Under the pieces are notes generated by a model. It saw nothing but the letters and a program-made list of their open reading frames with translations. It made no database searches and was not told the DNA's origin. The position numbers and the translations under genes were made by a program. From Limnochordia bacterium (GTDB lineage Bacteria > Bacillota > Limnochordia > DTU080), in contig JBMNJG010000007.1 in assembly GCA_050951545.1 (NCBI GenBank), positions 288,001 to 352,000 on the forward strand: a DNA stretch of 64,000 nt, written 5' to 3'. The number at the start of each line of letters is the position of its first letter. Position 1 is the stretch's first letter. Below, one piece after another: positions 8,483-18,397 of this stretch.

Positions 8483-10861
8483 GTGAGTCGTCTCGCTACT
8501 CTGACAGCAGAGCGTGAGATGGATGTGGAGTTGCCCGAGAGCGTTCGCGGGCGGTTGGCTGGCTTGCTGGCCAACGAAACGATTGTTCATGCCGTTAACT
8601 CAGACATGTGCTTGGATGGGACTTATGATTCCGAATCATGGTTGGTGGTCACCCAGGAGCGGTTGATCGTCTTGGACAAGAGCCACCCCAATGGGCTCTT
8701 GATGCTGCCGTTGGAGGACTTGTCAAGTGCTCGGGTACGACAGCTGTATGGTAATGCAGTACTGGAACTACGCCTCATAGCCGATGTGCCATCTGACCTC
8801 TTACTACAGCTTACACCCTCGCCCATAGAGGAACCGGAGAGCCCAGGAAGCGATCTTGCTTTCGAGTCGGAGCTACCGACGGGTCCTAGTGTCGACGCCT
8901 TTCGTTTCTCACGCACACTCGAAGAGACAGTTGATGAGGTGGTCGAGGAGCTCGTCAATAGACTGATCCCGGCCGCCCAAAATCGTGAGGTGACTTGGCA
9001 ACCCAAAGATAGTGACGATGGTCTGTTTGGTCGCAGGTCAAAGAAGGGCCGTTGTCGTGGTTGCGGGAGAGTGCTACCGCCTGGACAGTCGGTTTGCCCG
9101 CGCTGTCTCAACAAGAGGCAGCTGTTGGGGCGAGCTTTTCAGTATATACGACCTTACCGGTGGCTGTTTGTAGCGAACTTCACCATCACCGCGCTTCTGA
9201 CTGCTGTCGGGTTGGTGCCGCCGCTGCTCACTAAGACACTCATTGACGATGCCATAGCACCGGGCAACGTCGTGGTTTTGAGGCAAGTGATCATCTTGCT
9301 GGTGATGGTCCACGCTTTTCAGTCTGTGGGTAACGCAGTACATCGTTATCTGCTTAGCCTGCTAGGCAACAGGGTTGTTGTCGACCTTCGTACCGAAGTC
9401 TACCGGCAGGTGCAGAGGCTGACGCTAGGGTTTTACGACAAGCGCCAGACAGGTTGGATTATGTCACGGGTGACGAACGACACGAGCTATCTGCAGGGGT
9501 TTCTAGTCAACGGCATACAAGACATTGCCATTCACAGCCTGACACTTGTGGGCATCGCCATCATCATGTTTGGGGTTCACTGGCAGCTGGCTCTATTGGC
9601 TCTCTTGCCAACGCCCATCGTTGCGTTTGCCACAGCCCGTTTCTCCAAGAGGATGCACAAGATGTACCATCGTATCTGGCGCCGTGTGTCTAGCATGCAC
9701 GCTGTCTTGGGTGATACCATTCCTGGCATTCGCGTGGTCAAGGCGTTCAATCGGGAGGACGATGAAGTAGCCAAGTTCGCTGAGAGAAATGAGGAGGTCT
9801 TCACGGAGAGCATGCGGGCCGTGCGCTTCTCCAGCCTCTTCTATCCTGCCATGGGATTTACGACTGCCATTGGTGGCATAGTTGTCTGGGGCTATGGCGG
9901 GTTGCAGGTGATTCGCGGCTCAACGGACCTTACCCTAGGCGTTCTGATGGCTTTTATCAACTATGCCTGGCGTTTCTATGCCCCCATCCAGGCGTTGAGC
10001 CGTCTGAGTGAACAGGTACAAGGAGCCGCTACTGCTGCTGAACGTCTGTTTGAGATCCTGGATACACCAGCCGAGGCTGAGGATGAGCAAGGCGTTAGGC
10101 TATCAGCGATAGCAGGGCGCATCTGCTTTGAGAATGTTTCGTTCTACTACGAGAAAGGCGATCCCGTACTGCAAGACATCAATCTCGAGATTCGCCCAGG
10201 CGAGATGATCGGTCTTGTGGGGGCGTCAGGTTCGGGTAAGACGACGCTGATCAATCTGATCGCTCGCTTCTACGATGCCACCGAAGGAAGAATCACTCTT
10301 GATGGTTGCGATCTGCGTGAGATCGATCTGCCTTTCCTACGCGAGAACATTGGCATGGTTTTGCAGGAGCCGTTCCTTTTCCATGGGACCATTGCCGACA
10401 ACATCGCCTACGGTAAGCCTGATGCTGCCTTCCCTGAGATCGTACAGGCAGCGATGATGGCCAACGCGCATGGTTTCATCATGGAACTGCCTGACGGCTA
10501 CGATACGCGCATTGGTGAACGGGGTGTGGGGTTGTCGGGCGGACAAAAGCAGCGAGTCAGTATAGCACGGGCGATCCTGAAGAACCCACGCATCCTGATT
10601 CTCGATGAAGCGACATCCGCTGTGGATACGGAGACGGAGAAACTCATTCAGCAAGCGATCGAGAGGTTGGTTACTGGGCGGACGACTATTGCTATCGCCC
10701 ACCGTTTGTCTACGCTTCAGAATGCCGATCGTCTAGTGGTGCTACAAGAGGGAAGGATCGCCGAGATGGGTACCCACGCGGAGCTGTTGGCCAAGGAGGA
10801 CGGTGTTTTTGCTCGTTTGGTAAGACTGCAATCAGAGGTAGCAACCGCTCGGGCTGTCTGA
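8483..10861 (+). CDS. ABC exporter (fused TMD-NBD) with long N-terminal extension and zinc ribbon
   Basis: Walker A GASGSGKT, signature LSGGQ, Walker B ILILDE, H-loop IAHR; TM block; roughly 190-aa N-terminal domain followed by CRGC-x10-CPRC; GGGGAG RBS before GTG 8483. Confidence 0.9.
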   Translation: MSRLATLTAEREMDVELPESVRGRLAGLLANETIVHAVNSDMCLDGTYDSESWLVVTQERLIVLDKSHPNGLLMLPLEDLSSARVRQLYGNAVLELRLIADVPSDLLLQLTPSPIEEPESPGSDLAFESELPTGPSVDAFRFSRTLEETVDEVVEELVNRLIPAAQNREVTWQPKDSDDGLFGRRSKKGRCRGCGRVLPPGQSVCPRCLNKRQLLGRAFQYIRPYRWLFVANFTITALLTAVGLVPPLLTKTLIDDAIAPGNVVVLRQVIILLVMVHAFQSVGNAVHRYLLSLLGNRVVVDLRTEVYRQVQRLTLGFYDKRQTGWIMSRVTNDTSYLQGFLVNGIQDIAIHSLTLVGIAIIMFGVHWQLALLALLPTPIVAFATARFSKRMHKMYHRIWRRVSSMHAVLGDTIPGIRVVKAFNREDDEVAKFAERNEEVFTESMRAVRFSSLFYPAMGFTTAIGGIVVWGYGGLQVIRGSTDLTLGVLMAFINYAWRFYAPIQALSRLSEQVQGAATAAERLFEILDTPAEAEDEQGVRLSAIAGRICFENVSFYYEKGDPVLQDINLEIRPGEMIGLVGASGSGKTTLINLIARFYDATEGRITLDGCDLREIDLPFLRENIGMVLQEPFLFHGTIADNIAYGKPDAAFPEIVQAAMMANAHGFIMELPDGYDTRIGERGVGLSGGQKQRVSIARAILKNPRILILDEATSAVDTETEKLIQQAIERLVTGRTTIAIAHRLSTLQNADRLVVLQEGRIAEMGTHAELLAKEDGVFARLVRLQSEVATARAV

Positions 10862-10929
10862 TCAAGGTGACCATCGTTGGGGAAGTGGCCCATTGATGTG
10901 GGCTACGCATTGTAAGGAGGTTTTTTTGA

Positions 10930-11454
10930 GTGTATCGTGCTGGTCAGGAGATTAAGCTGCTTGAACCGTGGCAGCTGACGCTGTTCAAAGAGCCGCATCG
11001 GACGGAGGGGCTATGTCTTGTAGTGAAGGGGGGAGATGATGGCGTTTCGCCAGCATCTTACAGTGACGTATCGGTGCATCGAATGTTCCCCCTATCGCGG
11101 CCTGAGAGCCTGATCGCGCTGTGTGACAAGTTTGGGAACGAAATCGGTGTAGTCATGGATCCTTCGCATCTTGACGAGGAGTCGCGTGAAGCTCTGTACC
11201 AGGAGCTGGATATGGCCTACTTCATACCCAAAATAACGCAGATTCATGAGATCAAAGAGGAGTATGGCGTGGTCCGCTGGAGGGTCGATACCGACAGGGG
11301 CCCTCGCCAGTTTGAGGTGCGATCTCGCCACGACATCCGCTCCATGGGACAGGGCCGCTTTATTGTACGCGACATGGATGGTAACCGCTATGACGTCCCC
11401 GACATGAACACACTGGACGCCGCAAGCCGCGGGCTGTTGGAGATGGAAGTGTAG
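10930..11454 (+). CDS. DUF1854 family protein
   Basis: RMFPLS.P, EIG, YFIPKI, W.VDTDRG...F and DMDGNRY pattern; follows the ABC exporter as is typical for this family. Confidence 0.8.
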   Translation: MYRAGQEIKLLEPWQLTLFKEPHRTEGLCLVVKGGDDGVSPASYSDVSVHRMFPLSRPESLIALCDKFGNEIGVVMDPSHLDEESREALYQELDMAYFIPKITQIHEIKEEYGVVRWRVDTDRGPRQFEVRSRHDIRSMGQGRFIVRDMDGNRYDVPDMNTLDAASRGLLEMEV

Positions 11455-11483
11455 ACTTCGGCAGAATCTGTTACTGCTAGTGC

Positions 11484-11539
11484 GCAGGCCATAGTGATGC
11501 TACGGTCGTTGAAGACGCCGATAGCTGGCTATGGCCTGC
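11484..11539. terminator. Inverted repeat between convergent genes
   Basis: GCAGGCCATAG...CTATGGCCTGC. Confidence 0.5.
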
Positions 11540-11543
11540 TTCC

Positions 11544-12518
11544 TTAGTGGACGGCGAGGCAGCGATGCAAAAAGGCGATCACTCCGCTGTCCACTTCTCG
11601 CAGTGATGGCTTGATGGGCAGACGCAGTCCTAACAGCATGTGATCCGCTCCCTCCACGTAGAGGGTGTCTGAGGGCACACCCGCCGCAATTAGGCGATCA
11701 GCGAACACCTCTGTTTGTTCGACAGGTACTACCGAGTCAGATAGGCCATGAATAAGCAGGAAAGGCGGAGTGTTCGCGTCGATGTGGTTGATCGGGCTAG
11801 CTTCGCGACAGGTGCTTTCGCTATCATCCGGCAGAAGCTGATTGATAGGGTTGTCAATGGCCTCTTGACCGTGGCTGATAAGGGGAACCATATCATAGAC
11901 ACCGTAATAGGCGACCACGGCGGCTAGCCTGGTTGTTGTCTCGCACTCGACAGTTCCGAGCATGGCGGCGAGATGGCCTCCGGCTGAGTCGCCTAGTGCC
12001 GCGATTCGCTTGGGGTCTATGCCCCAGTCCTCAGCGTGTCGCTGTAACCAAGCCAGGGCTCTGTGCAGGTCCTCGAGCTGTGCTGGCCAACGGGCCTCAG
12101 CTGAGAGTCGGTAATCGACAGCCACCGCGGCCAGGCCATGTGATGCCAGCAGCCGACCATACCCGGCCACCGCTGCCTTGCTGAAGTACTTCCAGCCCCC
12201 GCCATGGATAAGCATTACCGCGGGCAGAGGGGGTTTGGCTTCGGCTGGCAGATAGATGTCCGCCCGCAGCTTGCGCTTGACATCGAAGTATTGATCTGCC
12301 AGCACCTCAACTCCATAGGGTCCGGCGCTCTCACTGCGAAAACCTAGAGCGTAAAATTCTGCGGCCAGTGACACAGCCGGCCCCTCCAAGTGCGGCGGAA
12401 TCAGGCGGCCAAATTCCAGGAGTACACGAGTCTTCAGGCGTGACTCAGCGGCTGACGCCTGAAGGCTCGCACCGCCAATTGCGGCGAGGCAGACGAAGAG
12501 GACAATCAGTACAGACAT
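11544..12518 (-). CDS. Secreted alpha/beta hydrolase (HSL/BD-FAE-like esterase)
   Basis: HGGGW oxyanion motif, GDSAGG nucleophile elbow, HGLSD..V and GADH; signal peptide from ATG 12518. Confidence 0.85.
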   Translation of the reverse strand: MSVLIVLFVCLAAIGGASLQASAAESRLKTRVLLEFGRLIPPHLEGPAVSLAAEFYALGFRSESAGPYGVEVLADQYFDVKRKLRADIYLPAEAKPPLPAVMLIHGGGWKYFSKAAVAGYGRLLASHGLAAVAVDYRLSAEARWPAQLEDLHRALAWLQRHAEDWGIDPKRIAALGDSAGGHLAAMLGTVECETTTRLAAVVAYYGVYDMVPLISHGQEAIDNPINQLLPDDSESTCREASPINHIDANTPPFLLIHGLSDSVVPVEQTEVFADRLIAAGVPSDTLYVEGADHMLLGLRLPIKPSLREVDSGVIAFLHRCLAVH

Positions 12519-12546
12519 GTGATTTCCACCCTCTTGGCGTGCTCGG

Positions 12547-14028
12547 TTAGTCTCGTTCTGATAAGGAAACGAATCTCGCATATGCTTCACCCCAAGCGGC
12601 ATTCGGGCGGGGCTGATAGATGGCTGGTGCAAAGGAACGCTGCACGAGGAGGCGTCCTTCGTTCATAGTGCCCAGCCGACCAGCCGCCAATGCTTGCACG
12701 AGGATATTACCCAGAGCCGTAGCCTCGACTGGCCCGGCTATTACCCTGCGGCCAGTTGCATCAGCCGTAAGCTGATTGAGCAGAGCGTTTTGTGAGCCGC
12801 CACCTACGATGTGAATGACTTCGATGGTCTTACCCGTGAGGTCTTCAAGCTGATGAAGCACTTGGCGGTATTTCAAGGCCAGGCTCTCTAGGACGCAGCG
12901 CACCATAGCTCCGCGGTCGCCAGGCAGAGGCTGGCCAGTGCGGCACAGATAACCGATAATCCGCTGGGGCATATCGCCAGGGGCGAAGAAGTCGGGGTGA
13001 TCGGGATCTAGTAGGCTAACCAGTGGTGGCGCTTGCTCAGCTAGGGCTTGCAGATCGTCGTAGCCAAGGTCTACACCCTCTTGCTGCCAGGCGCGCCGAC
13101 ACTCCTGTAGCAGCCACATACCCATTATGTTCTTGAGGAAGCAGAACTTGCCGTCCACCCCACCCTCGTTGGTCATGTTGGCTGCCAGAGAGGCGGCGTT
13201 GATCACTGGTTCTGTGAGCTCCACCCCCATCAGTGACCACGTGCCAGAACTGATGTAGCACGCTTCAGGGCCTGTCAGGGGCACCGCAGCGATGGCAGAG
13301 GCGGTATCATGTACGGCAGGGAGATAGACGGGCAGCCTGCCAGCTCCGGTCTTGGATGCGATCTCAGGCAGCAAGTAGCCAACGCATGTACCCGGAGGGA
13401 CGATCTCCGGGAAAAGTCGACGGGGAATGCCGAGAGCAGCCAGCAGTTCGCTGGACCAGGTGGCCTGGATAGGGTTGTAGGCCTGGGTGGTGGTTGCGTT
13501 TGTGAACTCTGCGACGCCTTCACCAGTGAGAAAGAAGGTGAAGAGCTCACCCATCATCAACAGCTTGTCTGCCACGCCGAGCAGCGGGGAGCCCGCGCGG
13601 ACCATCGCCAGGAGTTGATAGATCGTATTGAGTTGCATGAACTGAATACCAGTGCGCTCAAATATCTGGCTTCTGGGCATCAGCTCGAGGGCCGCCTCCA
13701 TCATGCCGTTAGTGCGATCGTCACGGTAGTGAACAGGATTGGCTAGCAGTTCGCCATTGGCCCCTAGTAGGCCGAAATCCACGCCCCAGCTATCGATGCC
13801 TAAGCCGAGTATTTCACCCTCCTGCGCCGCCGCAGCGATTGTGGAAGTGATTTCGTCGTGTAGCCGCAGTGCATCCCAGTACAGAGTCGAGCCGAGTTGC
13901 ACAGGGCTATTGGGGAAGCGATGCACCTCCTTAAGGGATAGACGATCGGCAGAGAGCTGACCGATGACCCCCCGGCCGCTACTGGCACCTAAATCGATGG
14001 CGAGGAAACGTGCAACTTCATCGGACAT
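12547..14028 (-). CDS. rhaB: Rhamnulokinase-like FGGY sugar kinase
   Basis: AIDLGASSGR, DSWGVDF, HDTASA, ISSGTWSL, NEGG, KNIMGMW and GGGSQN motifs. Confidence 0.8.
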   Translation of the reverse strand: MSDEVARFLAIDLGASSGRGVIGQLSADRLSLKEVHRFPNSPVQLGSTLYWDALRLHDEITSTIAAAAQEGEILGLGIDSWGVDFGLLGANGELLANPVHYRDDRTNGMMEAALELMPRSQIFERTGIQFMQLNTIYQLLAMVRAGSPLLGVADKLLMMGELFTFFLTGEGVAEFTNATTTQAYNPIQATWSSELLAALGIPRRLFPEIVPPGTCVGYLLPEIASKTGAGRLPVYLPAVHDTASAIAAVPLTGPEACYISSGTWSLMGVELTEPVINAASLAANMTNEGGVDGKFCFLKNIMGMWLLQECRRAWQQEGVDLGYDDLQALAEQAPPLVSLLDPDHPDFFAPGDMPQRIIGYLCRTGQPLPGDRGAMVRCVLESLALKYRQVLHQLEDLTGKTIEVIHIVGGGSQNALLNQLTADATGRRVIAGPVEATALGNILVQALAAGRLGTMNEGRLLVQRSFAPAIYQPRPNAAWGEAYARFVSLSERD

Positions 14029-14236
14029 GCCGAGCCCTCCTTGGGTCGATTTGGTTTTCGCCCATTAGTTTCGCCACTGCCTCTGCGCGACCCTCGTTTT
14101 TGCCGCTAGTCGTAGATGACTCACAAGGCGGTTTGTGGGAGGGACCGCGGCTTCTATATGGAAACAGTAGCTACGGTAATGTCGTCACTTAGGGAGCTCC
14201 ACGTTCTAAGTGGCGCTCAGCCAAGGAGGTTTTGTC

Positions 14237-15010
14237 TTGCCACCACAACCGTTATCTGTACGAAAGTACGACAGTCTCAAGGTACAGATCTACAAGAACA
14301 AGGAGGAGTTAGGTCAGGCAGCAGCTGCAGAGGCGGCAGCCGCAATCGGCGCCGCGGTCCGTGCGAGACAGCAGGCCAACCTGGTTTTCTCGACAGGAGC
14401 TTCACAGTTCACCTTCGTAGCAGCCCTCAAAGAACAGGCGATCGATTGGCGGAGCGTCCAGGCCTTTCACCTGGACGAGTACGTAGACATGAAAGAGGAC
14501 CATCCGGCCAGCTTCCGCCTGTGGCTGCAGACGCGTATCAATAAGCCGTTCCAGCCCAAGGTTTTCCACTTTGTCGAGGGTGACGCCCCAGACACAGAAG
14601 CCGAGTGTGACAGATATGCTCAGCTTCTGCGGGAGAACCCACTTGATATCGGTTTCATTGGTATCGGCGAAAACGGGCATGTGGCCTTCAATGATCCACC
14701 CGTCGCCGATTTCAACGACCCCAAGTGGGTGAAAATCGTCAAGCTCGATGAAGCCTGTCGTCGTCAGCAGGTCGGCGAGGGTTGGTTCGCGACCATTGAC
14801 GACGTGCCTACACATGCCATCACGCTAACCGTACCAGCGATCATGGCATGTAAGCGGATCATCTCGGTAGTACCCGATGCGCGCAAAGCAGAAGCTGTGA
14901 AAAGCGCGCTCTTAGGGCCGATCGCTACGTCGTGCCCTTCTTCGATTCTGCGCACGCATCCGCAGGCTACGCTATTTCTGGATGCGGATTCTGCATCACT
15001 GCTGAGCTAG
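14237..15010 (+). CDS. Glucosamine-6-phosphate deaminase/6-phosphogluconolactonase (NagB-like) family protein
   Basis: STGASQ, FHLDEY and GIGENGHVAFNDP motifs; AAGGAGG RBS before TTG 14237. Confidence 0.85.
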   Translation: MPPQPLSVRKYDSLKVQIYKNKEELGQAAAAEAAAAIGAAVRARQQANLVFSTGASQFTFVAALKEQAIDWRSVQAFHLDEYVDMKEDHPASFRLWLQTRINKPFQPKVFHFVEGDAPDTEAECDRYAQLLRENPLDIGFIGIGENGHVAFNDPPVADFNDPKWVKIVKLDEACRRQQVGEGWFATIDDVPTHAITLTVPAIMACKRIISVVPDARKAEAVKSALLGPIATSCPSSILRTHPQATLFLDADSASLLS

Positions 15011-15098
15011 AGAGTCTGGTCGCCATGCGGCATGACAATGAGGGGCGCCCATGTCGACAGTATAAACGTTTAGGGAGTATCTACGGAGGTGTTGGGTA

Positions 15099-16274
15099 GT
15101 GGAGTATACGATTCGCGTGCACAGTGGCAATCACCGGCGGCAAGGGACCCCAGTGCGTCTGGTGCTTCCTGAAGACATGGTGGGCAAGAAGATCACTTTG
15201 AAAGATCAGCGCACAGGACGTCAGGTCTGTTCGCAAGTGTTGCGCCAGGGTGATCAGGAGTACGTGTGCTGGCTGTTGGATGATCTGCTTGTGGGGGAGA
15301 CCAGGACCTATACGTTATCGTCTTGCGAGACAGCGACCTGCGCGAAAGCCCAGGCGTCGTGTTCCGGGGTGACACTCGAGGAAGAGGCTGAGTCTGTTCG
15401 CTTCCTGGTGGGCAAGGAGTTGGTTACTGCCTACAACTACAAGGATTACCGCAGACCGTATCTGTACCCTCTCATCGGCCCATTCGGTCACGGCGTAACG
15501 CGTGATTTCCCCATGAAGGAAGACACGCCAGATGAGTCCCACGACCATCCGCACCATAGGTCGGTCTTCACAGCCTTTGGCGATATCAGCGGTATTAACA
15601 ACTGGGCCAACGGCGGATCGATGCCTCTCGGAGCCATGGAGCATCAGGAGTTCACCGCCTTGGAGTCGGGCCCAGTGTGTGGTCGGCTTGAGGCTCGCAA
15701 CGTCTGGACAGGCCCAGAGGGTCCCATGGCAGACGAGGTGAGAGAGATTGTGCTGTTTTCCAGCGCACCCAGCTATCGGCTGTTCGAGTACCGGGTGTCA
15801 CTCACGGCGCGCGAAGACATAGTCTTCAACGATACCAAAGAGGGCGGTATCTTATCTGTTAGGGTGGCCAGTTCTATGGATGCCCGGCGAGGAGGCCGCA
15901 TTGAGAACGCGCAGGGCGGCGTCAACGAGGTAGAGGCTTGGGGCAAGCCGTCACCCTGGTGTGACTACTCTGGCATGGTCGAGGGCCATCAGGTGGGCAT
16001 CACGTTGATGGATCATCCGAGCAACTTCAGGCATCCTACGCCCTGGCACGTTCGCAACTACGGCCTTATGACGGCCAACTGCTTTGGTTTGTCTGAGTTT
16101 ACCAAGGGCCAAGTCAATGGGACTCATGAGATGTCAGCAGGTGACCAACTGAGCTTTACCTATAGGATCCTGGTGCACGCAGGCGATGCCAAAGCAGGTG
16201 AGGTCAGCCGCCATTTCGCCGATTTCGCCTATGCTCCTCAAGTGGAGCTGTTGCGAGACGGTAAACGGGTCTGA
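15099..16274 (+). CDS. PmoA/DUF6807 family protein (not a methane monooxygenase)
   Basis: RPYLYP, DHPHHRS, TKEGG..VRVA, DHPSN..P..WHVR.YG pattern; GGAGG RBS. Confidence 0.75.
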   Translation: MEYTIRVHSGNHRRQGTPVRLVLPEDMVGKKITLKDQRTGRQVCSQVLRQGDQEYVCWLLDDLLVGETRTYTLSSCETATCAKAQASCSGVTLEEEAESVRFLVGKELVTAYNYKDYRRPYLYPLIGPFGHGVTRDFPMKEDTPDESHDHPHHRSVFTAFGDISGINNWANGGSMPLGAMEHQEFTALESGPVCGRLEARNVWTGPEGPMADEVREIVLFSSAPSYRLFEYRVSLTAREDIVFNDTKEGGILSVRVASSMDARRGGRIENAQGGVNEVEAWGKPSPWCDYSGMVEGHQVGITLMDHPSNFRHPTPWHVRNYGLMTANCFGLSEFTKGQVNGTHEMSAGDQLSFTYRILVHAGDAKAGEVSRHFADFAYAPQVELLRDGKRV

Positions 16275-17380
16275 GGCGACGATAGCAGGCTCTGGTAGAG
16301 TGAAGAGAGTTTAGTGAGCATACGCTCTTGTGTGAAGTGGGCTTCCACGCGCTGGCGGCCTGCTTCACCTAGGGCACGGCGACGTGCAGGGTCGGCAGCC
16401 AGATGGGCAACAGCTCCAGCGATCGCCTCCGCATGGCGCGCCGGGATGAGGTAGCCTGTTTGGCCATCCTCGACAATCTCAGGAATCCCTCCTACGTCTG
16501 TGGCCACCACTGCACAACGGGCAGCCATGGCCTCCAAGATGCTCAGGGGGGTTCCTTCACTATGTGAGGGAAGCACAAAAAGATCAGCAACCTGCAGCAG
16601 TTGCGCTACATCATGGCGGTACCCGAGGAAGCTTACGCTGGATGTGACTCCAAGTGAAGCAGCCAATGTAGTGAAGTGGGATCGGTCAGGACCATCTCCA
16701 ACAACGGCAAAACGCAGCCGAGGCTGCTCGTGCAGGAGATAGGCCGCCTGTATCAGATCTCCAATTCCTTTGGCAGCTAGCAGCCTGGCCACCGTAACGA
16801 CCAAGCAGTCGTCAGGCGACACCCCAAGGCTAGCCCGCGTAGCATCTCTTTCAGTCTGGCTGAGGCACTTACTCGGCGGCAGGGCTATACCGTTGGGAAT
16901 GGTGGCAATCCGTGCTGGTTCGACGAGCTTGCGCAAGCAGATGTCGCGTTCTTGCGCCTGTGACACCACCACGAGCGCGTCTACAGAGGTCAACGCCCAG
17001 TGTAGGAAGCTGTCGCGCCACCTGCTTCCGTGCTCAGGCAGGGCATTATGCAGCGTAACTACAGAGGGCAGGCTCTTGGAGGTTTGTCGGGCCAGGGCCG
17101 TGAGCAGCGCGGCCTTGAGACCATGGGTGTGCACGAGGTCGTACTGCCCACTGCGCATCAGTTTTTGCAGCCGCCAGCTGTTCAGGGCATCACGATGGGG
17201 TGTGATCTTGTCCGAAATCTCCAGGGGCACGTGAGCGACTCCTGCTGGGATCCACGTGCTCTTGGGCGCAGCCACTGTGACATGGTAGTCATCTGTGTTC
17301 AGCTGTGTGCAGAGGGCGCGCAAATGAGTGGCCATGCCCCCTGCGGCTGGACGTGCGACAAGCAATAGGCGGATGGGCAT
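16238..17380 (-). CDS. Glycosyltransferase family 4
   Basis: GGMATH, VHTHG, IPNGI, ARL...KG, PSHSEGTPLSILEAMA and TDVGGIPE motifs. Confidence 0.9.
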   Translation of the reverse strand: MPIRLLLVARPAAGGMATHLRALCTQLNTDDYHVTVAAPKSTWIPAGVAHVPLEISDKITPHRDALNSWRLQKLMRSGQYDLVHTHGLKAALLTALARQTSKSLPSVVTLHNALPEHGSRWRDSFLHWALTSVDALVVVSQAQERDICLRKLVEPARIATIPNGIALPPSKCLSQTERDATRASLGVSPDDCLVVTVARLLAAKGIGDLIQAAYLLHEQPRLRFAVVGDGPDRSHFTTLAASLGVTSSVSFLGYRHDVAQLLQVADLFVLPSHSEGTPLSILEAMAARCAVVATDVGGIPEIVEDGQTGYLIPARHAEAIAGAVAHLAADPARRRALGEAGRQRVEAHFTQERMLTKLSSLYQSLLSSPQTRLPSRNSST

Positions 17381-17392
17381 GGGTAGCACCTC

Positions 17393-18268
17393 TCAGTCGG
17401 GTGATGGATTATCTCTGGGGTCGAGATGCACGAAGGCTCTGCCTACTTCGGGTAGCTCTTCAAGTCTCTGCCGTATCTCGGTCTCGATGCGATGTCCATC
17501 CTCAACGCTTAGGTGTGGAGCTATCTCAGCGTGTAGCTCCACATGCAAGAGATCACCGACATAGTGCGCAAGCAGGTCGTTGGTGCTATGGACGCCGGGC
17601 ACCGAGAGCGCGACGTCTCGCAGGTGTGACAGCATGGCTGGCGAGGGCGCGCGACCCATCAGATAGCCAAGGTTCTCCAATCCCATGCGTACACCAGACC
17701 AGATGATCCATAGGCCAATGGCTATAGCCGCGAGGGCATCCCATCTGCCTCCAACCGAGAAGCCTAACAGGGCCACCGTGCTCGCCAGTATATCGTTGCG
17801 CGAGTCAATGAGACTGGCCTTGATTGCCAGACTGTGGCTCTTGGTCCATGCCCTGCGGTAGGCGACGACCAGGCCCAGCTTCGTAGCTATGGCGAACCCT
17901 AGCACCCCGTAGCCCAGGGGTGTAGCCTTAGACTCAGGCGAACTGAAAAGGCCGAGCGTTCCGTCTTTGAGCAGTGTGAAGCCTAACAGTGCCGCAAAGA
18001 CAGCGATAAGCATGCTTGCCAGAGGTTCGGCCCGTCGGTGCCCATAGGGGTGGTTCTCGTCTGGAGCCTTATCCTGGATGCCTATGCACACGGCGAGGGC
18101 AGCGTACGAGAAAACATCAAGAGCGGAGTTGAGAGCGTCCGACAGAATCGCCAGGCTTCCCGAGAGCGCCCACGCCCAGAACTTCGATCCGAATAGTGCC
18201 AGACTGATTAGCACAGCATACTGGCTCAGCCGCTTCTTCAGAGCGATACCATCTTGGTACGTCGACAA
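17393..18268 (-). CDS. Cation diffusion facilitator transporter (FieF-like)
   Basis: GSLAILSDALNSALD, PDENHPYGHRRAE, DSRND and C-terminal VHLDP; TTG start with GAGG RBS. Confidence 0.9.
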   Translation of the reverse strand: MSTYQDGIALKKRLSQYAVLISLALFGSKFWAWALSGSLAILSDALNSALDVFSYAALAVCIGIQDKAPDENHPYGHRRAEPLASMLIAVFAALLGFTLLKDGTLGLFSSPESKATPLGYGVLGFAIATKLGLVVAYRRAWTKSHSLAIKASLIDSRNDILASTVALLGFSVGGRWDALAAIAIGLWIIWSGVRMGLENLGYLMGRAPSPAMLSHLRDVALSVPGVHSTNDLLAHYVGDLLHVELHAEIAPHLSVEDGHRIETEIRQRLEELPEVGRAFVHLDPRDNPSPD

Positions 18269-18296
18269 CGATAACTCATCCTCACCTGTGGTCTTT

Positions 18297-18324
18297 GTAT
18301 TCCATTGCCGTTTGGTCATTATGC
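18297..18324. promoter_or_regulatory. Candidate NikR operator
   Basis: GTATTC-N16-TTATGC, 8/12 match to GTATGA-N16-TCATAC, lying between the divergent CDF gene and nikR. Confidence 0.4.
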
Positions 18325-18330
18325 GTGAGC

Positions 18331-18355
18331 AGGAATGCCCTGCGTGAGGTCGAAT
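18331..18355 (+). promoter_or_regulatory. Sigma-H-like promoter (AGGA-N17-GAAT)
   Basis: Exact AGGA-N17-GAAT about 40 bp upstream of nikR. Confidence 0.6.
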
Positions 18356-18397
18356 GATGCTAATCCGGCATTCAGCCTTCTTGGTGAGGTGATGAAC

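Noticed and set aside
15099-16274. PmoA label suggesting methane oxidation
   Set aside because: Soluble protein in a sugar context with no pmoB or pmoC; the family name is misleading
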